DNA of 64,000 bases from Eledone cirrhosa (Eukaryota), in NCBI GenBank assembly GCA_964016885.1, contig OZ024759.1, forward strand, positions 3,038,001 through 3,102,000, written 5' to 3'. A program made the translations under genes and the position numbers. Every line of letters begins with the position of its first letter. Position 1 is the first letter of the stretch. The notes under the pieces are model-generated. The model was not told the DNA's origin. It made no database searches and saw nothing but the letters and a program-made list of their open reading frames with translations. This document shows positions 1 through 15,700 of this stretch, piece after piece.

Positions 1-1260
1 GTCTAGTGTGGTGTGATATAGTGTACTGTAGTCTAATGTGGTGTGATATAGTGTACTGTAGTCTAGTGTGGTGTGATATAGTGTACTGTAGTCCAGTCTG
101 GTGTGATATAGTGTACTGTTATCTAGTGTGGTGTGATATAGTGTACTGTAGTCCAGTGTGGTGTGATATAGTGTACTGTAGTCCAGTGTGGTGTGATATA
201 GTTTACTGCAATCTAGTGTGGTGTGATATAGTGTACTATAGTCTAGTGTGGTGTGATATAGTGTACTGTAGTCCAGTGTGGTTTGATATAGTTTACTGCA
301 ATCTAGTGTGGTGTGATACAGTGTACTGTAGTCTAGTGTGGTGGGATATAGTGTACTGTAGTCTAATGTGGTGTGATATAGTGTACTGAAGTCTAGTGTG
401 GTGTGATATAGTGTACTGTAGTCTAGTGTGGTGTGATATAGTGTACTGTAGTCCAGTGTGGTTTGATATAGTGTACTGTAGTCTAATGTGGTGTGATATA
501 GTGTACTGTAGTCTAGTGTGGTGTGATATAGTGTACTGTAGTCTAGTGTGGTGTGATATAGTGTACTGTCGTCTAGTGTGGTGTGATATAGTGTACTGTA
601 GTCTAGTGTGGTGTGATATAGTGTACTGTAGTCTAATCTGGTGTGATATAGTGTACTGTAGTCTAGTGTGGTGTGATATAGTGTACTGTAGTCTAGTGTG
701 GTGTGATATTGTGTACCGTAGTCTAGTGTGGTGTGATATAGTGTACAGTAGTATAATGTGGTGTGATATAGTGTACTGTAGTCTAGTGTGGTGTGATATA
801 GTGCACTGTAGTCAAGTGTGGTGTGATATAGCGTACTGTAGTCTAGTGTGGTGTGATATAGTGTACTGTAGACTAATGTGGTGTGATATAGTGTACTGTA
901 GTTTAGTGTGGTGTGATATAGTGTACTGTAGTCTAGTGTGGTGTGATATAGTGTACTGTAGTCTCATATGGTGTGATATAATGTACTGTAGTCTAGTATG
1001 GTGTGATATAGTGTACTGTAGTCCAATGTGTTTTGATATAGTGTACTGTAGTCTAGTGTGGTGTGATATAGTGTACTGTAGTCAAGTGTGGTGTGATATA
1101 GTGTACTGTAGTCTCATGTGGTGTGATATAATGTACTGTAGTCTAGTATGGTGTGATATAGTGTACTGTAGTCCAATGTGGTGTGATATAGTGCACTGTA
1201 GTCAAGTGTGGTGTGATATAGTGCACTGTAGTCAAGTGTGGTGTGATATAGTGTACTGTA

Positions 1261-4200
1261 GTCTAGTGTGGTGTGATATAGTGTACTGTAGTCTAGTGTG
1301 GTGTGATATAGTGTACTGTAGTCCACTGTGGTGTGATATAGTGTACTGTAGTCTAGGGTGGTGTGATATAGTGTACTGTAGTCCAGTGTGGTGTGATATA
1401 TTTTACTGCAATCTAGTGTGGTGTGATATAATGTACTGTAGTCTAGAGTGGTGGGATATAGTGTACTGTAGTCTAATGTGGTTTGATATAGTGTACTGAA
1501 GTCTAGTGTGGTGTGATATAGTGTACTGTAGTCTAATGTGGTGTGATATAGTGTACTGAAGTCTAGTGTGGTGTGATATAGTGTACTGTAGTCTAATGTG
1601 GTGTGATATAGTGTACTGAAGTCTAGTGTGGTGTGATATAGTGTACTGTAGTCCAATGTGGTGTGATATAGTGTACTGTAGTCCAATGTGGTGTGATATA
1701 GTGTACTGTAGTCCAGTGTGGTGTGATATAGTGTACTGTAGTCCAGTGTGGTGTGATATAGTTTACTGCAATCTAGTGTGGTGTGATATAGTGTACTGTA
1801 GTCTAGTGTGGTGTGATATAGTGTACTGTAGTCTAATGTGGTGTGATATAGTGTACTGTAGTCTAATGTGGTGTGATATAGTGTACTGTAGTCTAGTGTG
1901 GTGTGATATAGTGTACTGTAGTCTAGTGTGGTGTGATATAGTGTACTGTAGTCTAGTGTGGTGTGATATAGTGTACTGTAGTCTAGTGTGGTGTGATATA
2001 GTGTACTGTAGTCCAGTGTGGTGTGATATAGTTTACTGCAATCTAGTGTGGTGTGATATAGTGTACTGTAGTCTAGTGTGGTGTGATATAGTGTACTGTA
2101 GTCTAATGTGGTGTGATATAGTGTACTGTAGTCTAATGTGGTGTGATATAGTGTACTGTAGTCTAGTGTGGTGTGATATAGTGTACTGTAGTCTAGTGTG
2201 GTGTGATATAGTGTACTGTAGTCTAGTGTGGTGTGATATAGTGTACTGTAGTCTAGTGTGGTGTGATATAGTGTACTGTAGTCCAATGTGGTGTGATATA
2301 GTGTACTGTAGTTTAGTATGGTGTGATATAGTGTACTGTAGTCTAGTGTGGTGTGATATAGTGTACTGTAGTCTAGTGTGGTGTGATATAGTGTACTGCA
2401 GTCTAGTGTGGTGTGATATAGTGTACTGTAGTTTAGTGTGGTGTGATATAGTGTACTGTAGTCTAGTGTGGTGTGATATAGTGTACTGTAGTCTCATGTG
2501 GTGTGATATAATGTACTGTAGTCTAGTATGGTGTGATATAGTGTACTGTAGTCCAACGTGGTGTGATATAGTGTACTGTAGTCTAGTGTGGTGTGATATG
2601 GTGTACTGTAGTGTAGTGTGGTGTGATATAGTGTACTGTAGTCAAGTGCGGTGTAATATAGTGCACTGTAGTCTAGTGTGGTGTGATATAGTGTACTGTA
2701 GTCTAGTGTGGTGTGATATAGTGTACTGCAGTCTCATGTGGTGTGATATAGTGTACTGTAGTCAAATGTGGTGTGATATAGTGTACTGTAGTCAAATGTA
2801 TTGTGATATAGTGTACTGTAGTCTAGTGTGGTGTGATATAGTGTACTGTAGTTTAGTGTTGTGTGATATAGTGTACTGTAGTCTAGTGTGGTGTGATATA
2901 GTGTACTGTAGTCCAGTGTGGTGTGATATAGTTTACTGCAATCTAGTGTGGTGTGATATAGTGTACTGTAGTCTAGTGTGGTGGGATATAGTGTACTGTA
3001 GTCTAATGTGGTGTGATATAGTGTACTGTAGTCAAATGTGGTGTGATATAGTGTACTGAAGTCTAGTGTGGTGTGATATAGTGTACTGTAGTCCAATGTG
3101 GTGTGATATAGTGTACTGTAGTCTAATGTGGTGTGATATAGTGTACTGAAGTCTAGTTTGGCGTGATATAGTGTACTGTAGTCCAATGTGGTGTGATATA
3201 GTGTACTGTAGTCCAATGTGGTGTGATATAGTGTACTGTAGTCCAGTGTGGTGTGATATAGTGTACTGTAGTCAAGTGTGGTGTGATATAGTGTACTGTA
3301 GTCTAGTGTGGTGTGATATAGTGTACTGTAGTCAAGTGTGGTGTGATATAGTTTACTGCAATCTAGTGTGGTGTGATATAGTGTACTGTAGTCTAGTGTG
3401 GTGTGATATAGTGTACTGTAGTCTAATGTGGTGTGATATAGTTTACTGTAGTCTAATGTGGTGTGATATAGTGTACTGTAGTCTAGTGTGGTGTGATATA
3501 GTGTACTGTAGTCTAGTGTGGTGTGATATAGTGTACTGTAGTCTAGTGTGGTGTGATATAGTGTACTGTAGTCCAGTGTGGTGTGATATAGTGTACTGTA
3601 GTCTAATGTGGTGTGATATAGTGTACTGTAGTCCTGTGTGGTGTGATATAGTGTACTGTAGTGTAGTGTGGTGTGATATAATGTATTGTAGTCCAGTGTG
3701 GTGTGATATAGTGTACTGTAGTCTAATGTGGTGTGATATAGTGTACTGTAGTCCAGTGTGGTGTGATATAGTGTACTGTAGTCCAATGTGGTGTGATATA
3801 GTGTACTGTAGTCTAGTGTGGTGTGATATAGTGTACTGTAGTCCAGTGTGGTGTGATATAGTGTACTGCAGTCTAGTGTGGTGTGATATAGTGTACTGTA
3901 GTCTAATGTGGTGTGATATAGTGTACTGTAGTCTAGTTTGGTGTGATATAGTGTACTGTAGTCTAGTGTGGTGTGATATAGTGTACTGTAGTCTAGTGTG
4001 GTGTGATATAGTGTACTGTAGTCTAGTGTGGTGTGATATAGTGTACTGTAGTCCACTGTGGTGTGATATAGTGTACTGTAGTCTAGGGTGGTGTGATATA
4101 GTGTACTGTAGTCCAGTGTGGTGTGATATATTTTACTGCAATCTAGTGTGGTGTGATATAATGTACTGTAGTCTAGAGTGGTGGGATATAGTGTACTGTA

Positions 4201-6780
4201 GTCTAATGTGGTTTGATATAGTGTACTGAAGTCTAGTGTGGTGTGATATAGTGTACTGTAGTCTAATGTGGTGTGATATAGTGTACTGAAGTCTAGTGTG
4301 GTGTGATATAGTGTACTGTAGTCTAATGTGGTGTGATATAGTGTACTGAAGTCTAGTGTGGTGTGATATAGTGTACTGTAGTCCAATGTGGTGTGATATA
4401 GTGTACTGTAGTCCAATGTGGTGTGATATAGTGTACTGTAGTCCAGTGTGGTGTGATATAGTGTACTGTAGTCCAGTGTGGTGTGATATAGTTTACTGCA
4501 ATCTAGTGTGGTGTGATATAGTGTACTGTAGTCTAGTGTGGTGTGATATAGTGTACTGTAGTCTAATGTGGTGTGATATAGTGTACTGTAGTCTAATGTG
4601 GTGTGATATAGTGTACTGTAGTCTAGTGTGGTGTGATATAGTGTACTGTAGTCTAGTGTGGTGTGATATAGTGTACTGTAGTCTAGTGTGGTGTGATATA
4701 GTGTACTGTAGTCTAGTGTGGTGTGATATAGTGTACTGTAGTCCAGTGTGGTGTGATATAGTTTACTGCAATCTAGTGTGGTGTGATATAGTGTACTGTA
4801 GTCTAGTGTGGTGTGATATAGTGTACTGTAGTCTAATGTGGTGTGATATAGTGTACTGTAGTCTAATGTGGTGTGATATAGTGTACTGTAGTCTAGTGTG
4901 GTGTGATATAGTGTACTGTAGTCTAGTGTGGTGTGATATAGTGTACTGTAGTCTAGTGTGGTGTGATATAGTGTACTGTAGTCTAGTGTGGTGTGATATA
5001 GTGTACTGTAGTCCAATGTGGTGTGATATAGTGTACTGTAGTTTAGTATGGTGTGATATAGTGTACTGTAGTCTAGTGTGGTGTGATATAGTGTACTGTA
5101 GTCTAGTGTGGTGTGATATAGTGTACTGCAGTCTAGTGTGGTGTGATATAGTGTACTGTAGTTTAGTGTGGTGTGATATAGTGTACTGTAGTCTAGTGTG
5201 GTGTGATATAGTGTACTGTAGTCTCATGTGGTGTGATATAATGTACTGTAGTCTAGTATGGTGTGATATAGTGTACTGTAGTCCAACGTGGTGTGATATA
5301 GTGTACTGTAGTCTAGTGTGGTGTGATATGGTGTACTGTAGTGTAGTGTGGTGTGATATAGTGTACTGTAGTCAAGTGCGGTGTAATATAGTGCACTGTA
5401 GTCTAGTGTGGTGTGATATAGTGTACTGTAGTCTAGTGTGGTGTGATATAGTGTACTGCAGTCTCATGTGGTGTGATATAGTGTACTGTAGTCAAATGTG
5501 GTGTGATATAGTGTACTGTAGTCAAATGTATTGTGATATAGTGTACTGTAGTCTAGTGTGGTGTGATATAGTGTACTGTAGTTTAGTGTTGTGTGATATA
5601 GTGTACTGTAGTCTAGTGTGGTGTGATATAGTGTACTGTAGTCCAGTGTGGTGTGATATAGTTTACTGCAATCTAGTGTGGTGTGATATAGTGTACTGTA
5701 GTCTAGTGTGGTGGGATATAGTGTACTGTAGTCTAATGTGGTGTGATATAGTGTACTGTAGTCAAATGTGGTGTGATATAGTGTACTGAAGTCTAGTGTG
5801 GTGTGATATAGTGTACTGTAGTCCAATGTGGTGTGATATAGTGTACTGTAGTCTAATGTGGTGTGATATAGTGTACTGAAGTCTAGTTTGGCGTGATATA
5901 GTGTACTGTAGTCCAATGTGGTGTGATATAGTGTACTGTAGTCCAATGTGGTGTGATATAGTGTACTGTAGTCCAGTGTGGTGTGATATAGTGTACTGTA
6001 GTCAAGTGTGGTGTGATATAGTGTACTGTAGTCTAGTGTGGTGTGATATAGTGTACTGTAGTCAAGTGTGGTGTGATATAGTTTACTGCAATCTAGTGTG
6101 GTGTGATATAGTGTACTGTAGTCTAGTGTGGTGTGATATAGTGTACTGTAGTCTAATGTGGTGTGATATAGTTTACTGTAGTCTAATGTGGTGTGATATA
6201 GTGTACTGTAGTCTAGTGTGGTGTGATATAGTGTACTGTAGTCTAGTGTGGTGTGATATAGTGTACTGTAGTCTAGTGTGGTGTGATATAGTGTACTGTA
6301 GTCCAGTGTGGTGTGATATAGTGTACTGTAGTCTAATGTGGTGTGATATAGTGTACTGTAGTCCTGTGTGGTGTGATATAGTGTACTGTAGTGTAGTGTG
6401 GTGTGATATAATGTATTGTAGTCCAGTGTGGTGTGATATAGTGTACTGTAGTCTAATGTGGTGTGATATAGTGTACTGTAGTCCAGTGTGGTGTGATATA
6501 GTGTACTGTAGTCCAATGTGGTGTGATATAGTGTACTGTAGTCTAGTGTGGTGTGATATAGTGTACTGTAGTCCAGTGTGGTGTGATATAGTGTACTGCA
6601 GTCTAGTGTGGTGTGATATAGTGTACTGTAGTCTAATGTGGTGTGATATAGTGTACTGTAGTCTAGTTTGGTGTGATATAGTGTACTGTAGTCTAGTGTG
6701 GTGTGATATAGTGTACTGTAGTCTAGTGTGGTGTGATATAGTGTACTGTAGTCTAGTGTGGTGTGATATAGTGTACTGTA
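1261..6780. repeat. Higher-order duplication within the satellite, period 2730 bp (91 monomers)
   Basis: Rare variants recur at +2730 (gtccactgtg at 1321/4051). ORF-track products 1626..3059 and 4356..5789 are identical. Confidence 0.93.
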
Positions 6781-9700
6781 GTCCAATGTGGTGTGATATA
6801 CTTTACTGCAATCTAGTGTGTTGTGATATAGTGTACTGTAGTCTAGTGTGGTGTAATATAGTGTACTGTAGTCCAATGTGGTGTGATATAGTGTACTGTA
6901 GTCTAGTGTGGTGTGATATAGTGTACTGTAGTCCAATGTTGTTTGATATAGTGTACTGTAGTCCAGTGTGGTGTGATATAGTGTACTGTAGTCTAGTGTG
7001 GTGTGATATAGTGTACTGTACTCCAGTGTGGTGTGATATAGAGTACTGTAGTCTAATGTGGTGTGATAAAATGTACTGTAGTCCAATGTTGTGACATAGT
7101 GTACTGTAGTCCAATGTGGTGTGATATAGCGTACTGTAGTCTAATGTGAAGTGATATAGAGCAATGTAGTCTAGTGTGGTGTGATATAGTGTACTGTAGT
7201 CTAGTGTGGTGTGATATAGTGTACTGCAGTCTCATGTGGTGTGATATAGTGTACTGTATTCAAATGTGTCGTGATCTAGTGTACTGTAGTCTAGTGTGGT
7301 GTGATATAGTGTACTGTAGTATAGTGTGGTGTGATATAGTGTACTATTATCTAATGTGGTGTGGTAAAATCTAGTGTATTCTAGTGTGGTGTGATAGTGT
7401 ACTGTAGTCTAGTGTGGTGTGATATAGTGTACTGCAGTCTAGTGTGGTGTGATATAGTGTACTGTTATCTAGTGTGGTGTGATATAGTGTACTGTAGTCC
7501 AGTGTGGTGTGATATAGTGTACTGTAGTCCAGTGTGGTGTGATATAGTTTACTGCAATCTAGTGTGGTGTGATATAGTGTACTATAATCTAGTGTGGTGT
7601 GATATAGTGTACTGTAGTCCAGTGTGGTTTGATATAGTTTACTGCAATCTAGTGTGGTGTGATACAGTGTACTGTAGTCTAGTGTGGTGGGATATAGTGT
7701 ACTGTAGTCTAATGTGGTGTGATATAGTGTACTGTAGTCTAGTGTGGTGTGATATAGTGTACTGTAGTCTAATGTGGTGTGATATAGTGTACTGTAGTCT
7801 AGTGTGGTGTGATATAGTGTACTGTAGTCTAGTGTGGTGTGATATAGTGTACTGTAGTCTAATGTGGTGTGATATAGTGTACTGTAGTCTAGTGTGGTGT
7901 GATATAGTGTACTGTAGTCTAGTGTGGTGTGATATAGTGTACTGTAGTCTAGTGTGGTGTGATATAGTGTACTGTAGTCTAATCTGGTGTGATATAGTGT
8001 ACTGTAGTCTAGTGTGGTGTGATATAGTGTACTGTAGTCTAGTGTGGTGTGATATAGTGTACTGTAGTCTAATCTGGTGTGATATAGTGTACTGTAGTTT
8101 AGTGTGGTGTGATATAGTGTACTGTAGTCCAGTGTGGTGTGATATAGTGTACTGTAGTCTAATGTGGTGTGATATAGTGTACTGAAGTCTAGTGTGGTGT
8201 GATATAGTGTACTGTAGTCTAGTGTGGTGTGATATAGTGTACTGTAGTCCAGTGTGGTTTGATATAGTGTACTGTAGTCTAATGTGGTGTGATATAGTGT
8301 ACTGTAGTCTAGTGTGGTGTGATATAGTGTACTGTAGTCTAGTGTGGTGTGATATAGTGTACTGTAGTCTAGTGTGGTGTGATATAGTGTACTGTAGTCT
8401 AATCTGGTGTGATATAGTGTACTGTAGTCTAGTGTGGTGTGATATAGTGTACTGTAGTCTAGTGTGGTGTGATATTGTGTACCGTAGTCTAGTGTGGTGT
8501 GATATAGTGTACAGTAGTATAATGTGGTGTGATATAGTGTACTGTAGTCTAGTGTGGTGTGATATAGTGCACTGTAGTCAAGTGTGGTGTGATATAGCGT
8601 ACTGTAGTCTAGAGTGGTGGGATATAGTGTACTGTAGTCTAGTGTGGTGTGATATTGTGTACCGTAGTCTAGTGTGGTGTGATATAGTGTACTGTAGTCT
8701 AATGTGGTGTGATATAGTGTACTGTAGTTTAGTGTGGTGTGATATAGTGTACTGTAGTCTAGTGTGGTGTGATATAGTGTACTGTAGTCTCATATGGTGT
8801 GATATAATGTACTGTAGTCTAGTATGGTGTGATATAGTGTACTGTAGTCCAATGTGTTTTGATATAGTGTACTGTAGTCTAGTGTGGTGTGATATAGTGT
8901 ACTGTAGTCAAGTGTGGTGTGATATAGTGTACTGTAGTCTCATGTGGTGTGATATAATGTACTGTAGTCTAGTATGGTGTGATATAGTGTACTGTAGTCC
9001 AATGTGGTGTGATATAGTGCACTGTAGTCAAGTGTGGTGTGATATAGTGCACTGTAGTCAAGTGTGGTGTGATATAGTGTACTGTAGTCTAGTGTGGTGT
9101 GATATAGTGTACTGTAGTCTAGTGTGGTGTGATATAGTGTACTGTAGTCCACTGTGGTGTGATATAGTGTACTGTAGTCTAGGGTGGTGTGATATAGTGT
9201 ACTGTAGTCCAGTGTGGTGTGATATATTTTACTGCAATCTAGTGTGGTGTGATATAATGTACTGTAGTCTAGAGTGGTGTGATATAGTGTACTGTAGTCC
9301 AGTGTGGTGTGATATAGTGTACTGTAGTCTAGTGTGGTGTGATATAGTGTACTGTAGTCTAGTGTTGTGTGATATAGTGTACTGTAGTCTAGAGTGGTGG
9401 GATATAGTGTACTGTAGTCTAGTGTGGTGTGATATAGTGTACTGTAGTCTAGTGTGGTGTGATATAGTGTACTGTAGTCCAGTGTGGTGTGATATAGTGT
9501 ACTGTAGTCTAGTGTGGTGTGATATAGTGTACTGTAGTCTAGAGTGGTGTGATATAGTGTACTGTAGTCTAGTGTGGTGTGATATAGTGTACTGTAGTCC
9601 AGTGTGGTGTGATATAGTGTACTGTAGTCTAGTGTGGTGTGATATAGTGTACTGTAGTCTAGTGTTGTGTGATATAGTGTACTGTAGTCTAGAGTGGTGG

Positions 9701-12700
9701 GATATAGTGTACTGTAGTCTAATGTGGTTTGATATAGTGTACTGAAGTCTAGTGTGGTGTGATATAGTGTACTGTAGTCTAATGTGGTGTGATATAGTGT
9801 ACTGAAGTCTAGTGTGGTGTGATATAGTGTACTGTAGTCTAATGTGGTGTGATATAGTGTACTGTAGTCTAATGTGGTGTGATATAGTGTACTGTAGTCC
9901 AGTGTGGTGTGATATAGTGTACTGTAGTCTAATGTGGTGTGATATAGTGTACTGTAGTCCAGTGTGGTGTGATATAGTGTACTGTAGTCTAGTGTGGTGT
10001 GATACAGTGTACTGTAGTCTAGTGTGGTGTGATATAGTGTACTGTAGTCTAGTGTGGTGTGATACAGTGTACTGTAGTCTAGTGTGGTGTGATATAGTGT
10101 ACTGTAGTCCAATGTGGTGTGATATAGTGTACTGTAGTCTAGTGTGGTGTGATATAGTGTACTGTAGTCTAATGTGGTGTGATATAGTGTACTGTAGTCT
10201 AGTGTGGTGTGATATAGTGTACTGTAGTCTAGTGTGGTGTGATATAGTGTACTGTAGTCTAGTGTGGTGTGATATAGTGTACTGTAGTCTAATGTTGGGT
10301 GATATAGTGTACTGTAGTCTAGTGTGGTGTGATATAGTGTACTGTAGTCTAGTGTGGTGTAATATAGTGTACTGCAGTCTAGTGTGGTGTGATATAGTGT
10401 ACTGTAGTCTAGTGTGGTGTAATATAGTGTACTGTAGTTCAATGTGGTGTGATATAGTGTACTGTAGTCTAGTGTGGTGTGATATAGTGTACTGTAGTCT
10501 AGTGTGGTGTAATATAGTGTACTGTAGTCTAGTGTGGTGTGATATAGTGTACTGTAGTCTAGTGTGGTGTGATATAGTGTACTGTAGTCTAGTGTGGTGT
10601 GATATAGTGTACTGTAGTCTAGTGTGGTGTGATATAGTGTACTGTAGTCCAGTGTGGTGTGATATAGTGTACTGTAGTCTAGTGTGGTGTGATATAGTGT
10701 ACTGTAGTCTAGTGTGGTATGATATAGTGTACTGTAGCCTAGTGTGGTGTTATATAGTGTACTGTAGTCTAATGTGGGGTGATATAGTGTACTGTAGTCT
10801 AGTGTGGTGTGATATAGTGTAATGTAGTCTAGTGTGGTGTAATATAGTGTACTGCAGTCTAGTGTGGTGTGATATAGTGTACTGTAGTCTAATGTGGTGT
10901 GATATAGTGTACTGTAGTCTAGTGTGGTGTAATATAGTGTACTGTAGTCCAATGTGGTGTGATATAGTGTACTGTAGTCTAGTGTGGTGTGATATAGTGT
11001 ACTGTAGTCTAGTGTGGTGTGATATAGTGTACTGTAGTCTAGTGTGGTGTGATATAGTGTACTGTAGTCTAGTGTGGTGTGATATAGTGTACTGTAGTCT
11101 AGTGTGGTGTGATATAATGTACTGTAGTCCAATGTGGTGTGATATAGTGTACTGTAGTCTAGTGTGGTGTAATATAGTGTACTGCAGTCTAGTGTGGTGT
11201 GATATAGTGTACTGTAGTCTAATGTGGTGTGATATAGTGTACTGTAGTCTAGTGTGGTGTGATATAGTGTACTGTAGTCTAGTGTGGTGTGATATAGTGT
11301 ACTGTAGTCTAGTGTGGTGTGATATAGTGTACTGTAGTCTAGTGTGGTGTGATATAGTGTACTGTAGTCTAGTGTGGTGTGATATAATGTACTGTAGTCC
11401 AATGTGGTGTGATATAGTGTACTGTAGTCTAGTGTGGTGTGATATAGTGTACTGTAGTCCAATGTGGTGTGATATAGTGTACTGTAGTCTAGTGTGGTGT
11501 GATATAGTGTACTGTAGTGCAATGTGGTGTGATATAGTGTACTGTAGTCTAGTGTGGTGTGATATAGTGTACTGTAGTCTAGTGTGGTGTGATATAGTGT
11601 ACTGTAGTCTAGTGTGGTGTGATATAGTGTACTGTAGTCCAATGTGGTGTGATACTGTAGTCTAATGTGGTGTGATATAGTGTACTGTAGTCCAGTGTGG
11701 TGTGATATAGTGTACTGTAGTCTAGTGTGGTGTGATATAGTGTACTGTAGTCCAGTGTGGTGTGATATAGTGTACTGTAATCTAATGTGGTGTGATATAG
11801 TGTACTGTAGTCCAGTGTGGTGTGATATAGTGTACTGTAGTCTAGTGTGGTGTGATATAGTGTACTGTAGTCTAGTGTGGTGTGATATAGTGTACTGTAG
11901 TTTAGTGTGGTGTGATATAGTGTACTGTAGTCTAGTGTGGTGTGATATAGTGTACTGTAGTCCAGTGTGGTGTGATATAGTGTACTGTAGTCTAATGTGG
12001 TGTGATATAGTGTACTGTAGTCTAGTGTGGTGTGATATAGTGTACTGTAGTCTAATGAGGTGTGATATAGTGTACTGTAGTCTAATGTGGTGTGATATAG
12101 TGTACTGTAGTCTAGTGTGGTGTGATATAGTGTACTGTAGTCTAATGTGGTGTGATATAGTGTACTGTAGTCCAATGTGGTGTGATATAGTGTACTGTAG
12201 TCTAATGTGGTGTGATATAGTGTACTGTAGTCTAGTGTGGTGTGATATAGTGTACTGTAGTCTAATGTGGTGTGATATAGTGTACTGTAGTCTAGTGTGG
12301 TGTGATATAGTGTACTGTAATCTAGTGTGGTGTGATATAGTGTACTGTAGTCCAGTGTGGTGTGATATAGTGTACTGTAGTCTAATGTAGTGTGATATAG
12401 TGTACTGTAGTCTAGTGTGGTGTGATATAGTGTACTGTAGTCTAATGTGGTGTGATATAGTGTACTGTAGTCTAGTGTGGTGTGATATAGTGTACTGTAG
12501 TCTAATGTGGTGTGATATAGTGTACTGTAATCTAGTGTGGTGTGATATAGTGTACTGTAGTCTAGTGTGGTGTGATATAGTGTACTGTAGTCCAGTGTGG
12601 TGTGATATAGTGTACTGTAGTCTAATGTAGTGTGATATAGTGTACTGTAGTCTAGTGTGGTGTGATATAGTGTACTGTAGTCTAATGTGGTGTGATATAG

Positions 12701-15700
12701 TGTACTGTAGTCTAGTGTGGTGTGATATAGTGTACTGTAGTCTAATGTGGTGTGATATAGTGTACTGTAATCTAGTGTGGTGTGATATAGTGTACTGTAG
12801 TCTAGTGTGGTGTGATATAGTGTACTGTAGTCCAGTGTGGTGTGATATAGTGTACTGTAGTCTAATGTAGTGTGATATAGTGTACTGTAGTCTAGTGTGG
12901 TATGATATAGTGTACTGTAGTCTAGTGTGGTATGACATAGTGTACTGTAGTCTAGTGTGGTGTGATATAGTGTACTGTAGTCTAGTGTGGTGTGATATAG
13001 TGTACTGTAGTCTAATGTGGTGTGATATAGTGTACTGTAGTCCAATGTGGTGTGATATAGTGTACTGTAGTCTAATGTGGTGTGATATAGTGTACTGTAG
13101 TCCAGTGTGGTGTGATATAGTGTACTGTAGTCCAGTGTGGTGTGATATAGTGTACTGTAGTCCAGTGTGGTGTGATATAGTGTACTGTAGTCTAGTGTGG
13201 TGTGATATAGTGTACTGTAGTCCAGTGTGGTGTGATATAGTGTACTGTAGTCTAATGTAGTGTGATATAGTGTACTGTAGTCTAGTGTGGTATGATATAG
13301 TGTACTGTAGTCTAGTGTGGTATGATATAGTGTACTGTAGTCTAGTGTGGTGTGATATAGTGTACTGTAGTCTAGTGTGGTGTGATATAGTGTACTGTAG
13401 TTTAGTATGGTGTGATATAGTGTACTGTAGTCTAGTGTGGTGTAATATAGTGTACTGTAGTCTAGTGTGGTGTAATATAGTGTACTGTAGTCTAGTGTGG
13501 TGTGATATAGTGTACTGTAGTCTAGTGTGGTGTGATATAGTGTACTGTAGTCCAATGTGGTGTGATATAGTGTACTGTAGACCAATGTGGTGTGATACTG
13601 TAGTCTAACGTGGTGTGATATAGTGTACTGTAGTCTAGTGTGGTGTGATATAGTGTACTGTAGTCTAGTGTGGTGTAATATAGTGTACTGTAGTCTAGTG
13701 TGGTGTGATATAGTGTACTGTAGTCTAGTGTGGTGTGATATAGTGTACTGTAGTCTAGTGTGGTGTGATATAGTGTACTGTAGTCTAGTGTGGTGTGATA
13801 TAGTGTACTGTAGACCAATGTGGTGTGATACTGTAGTCTAACGTGGTGTGATATAGTGTACTGTAGTCCAATGTGGTGTGATATAGTGTACTGTAGTCCA
13901 ATGTGGTGTGATATAGTGTACTGTAGTCTAGTGTGGTGTGATATAGTGTACTGTAGTCTAGTGTGGTGTGATATAGTGTACTGTAGTCCAATGTGGTGTG
14001 ATATAGTGTACTGTAGTCTAGTGTGGTGTGATATAGTGTACTGTAGTCTAGTGTGGTGTGATATAGTGTACTGTAGTTTAGTATGGTGTGATATAGTGTA
14101 CTGTAGTCTAGTGTGGTGTGATATAGTGTACTGTAGTCTAATGTGGTGTGATATAGTGTACTGTAGTTTAGTATGGTGTGATATAGTGTACTGCAGTCTA
14201 GTGTGGTGTGATATAGTGTACTGTAGTCTAATGTGGTGTGATATAGTGTACTGTAGTTTAGTGTGGTGTGATATAGTGTACTGTAGTCTAGTGTGGTGTG
14301 ATATAGTGTACTGTAGTCTAGTGTGGTGTGATATAGTGTACTGTAGTCTAGTGTGGTGTAATATAGTGTACTGTAGTCTAGTGTGGTGTAATATAGTGTA
14401 CTGTAGTCCAATGTGGTGTGATATAGTGTACTGTAGTCTAGTGTGGTGTGATATAGTGTACTGTAGTCTAGTGTGGTGTGATATAGTGTACTGTAGTCTA
14501 GTGTGGTGTGATATACTGTACTGTAGTCTAGTGTGGTGTGATATAGTGTACTGTAGTCTAGTGTGGTGTGATATAGTGTACTGCAGTTTAGTATGGTGTG
14601 ATATAGTGTACTGTGGTGTGATATTGTGTACTGTAGTCTAGTGTGGTGTGATATAGTGTACTGTAGTCTAGTGTGGTGTGATATAGTGTACTGTAGTCTA
14701 GTGTGGTGTGATATAGTGTACTGCAGTTTAGTATGGTGTGATATAGTGTACTGTGGTGTGATATAGTGTACTGTAGTCCAGTGTGGTGTGATATAGTGTA
14801 CTGTAGTCTAGTGTGGTGTGATATAGTGTACTGTAGTCTAGTGTGGTGTGATATAGTGTACTGTAGTCCAATGTGGTGTGATACTGTAGTCTAATGTGGT
14901 GTGATATAGTGTACTGTAGTCCAGTGTGGTGTGATATAGTGTACTGTAGTCTAGTGTGGTGTGATATAGTGTACTGTAGTCCACTGTGGTGTGATATAGT
15001 GTACTGTAGTTTAATGTGGTGTGATATAGTGTACTGTAGTCCAGTGTGGTGTGATATAGTGTACTGTAGTCTAGTGTGGTGTGATATAGTGTACTGTAGT
15101 CTAGTTTGGTGTGATATAGTGTACTGTAGTTTAGTGTGGTGTGATATAGTGTACTGTAGTCTAGTGTGGTGTGATATAGTGTACTGTAGTCCAGTGTGGT
15201 GTGATATAGTGTACTGTAGTCTAGTGTGGTGTGATATAGTGTACTGTAGTCCAGTGTGGTGTGATATAGTGTACTGTAGTCTAATGTGGTGTGATATAGT
15301 GTACTGTAGTCTAGTGTGGTGTGATATAGTGTACTGTAGTCTAATGAGGTGTGATATAGTGTACTGTAGTCTAATGTGGTGTGATATAGTGTACTGTAGT
15401 CTAGTGTGGTGTGATATGGTGTACTGTAGTCTAATGTGGTGTGATATAGTGTACTGTAGTCTAGTGTGGTGTGATATAGTGTACTGTAGTCCAGTGTGGT
15501 GTGATATAGTGTACTGTAGTCTAGTGTGGTGTGATATAGTGTACTGTAGTCCAGTGTGGTGTGATATAGTGTACTGTAGTCTAATGTAGTGTGATATAGT
15601 GTACTGTAGTCTAGTGTGGTATGATATAGTGTACTGTAGTCTAGTGTGGTGTGATATAGTGTACTGTAGTCTAGTGTGGTGTGATATAGTGTACTGTAGT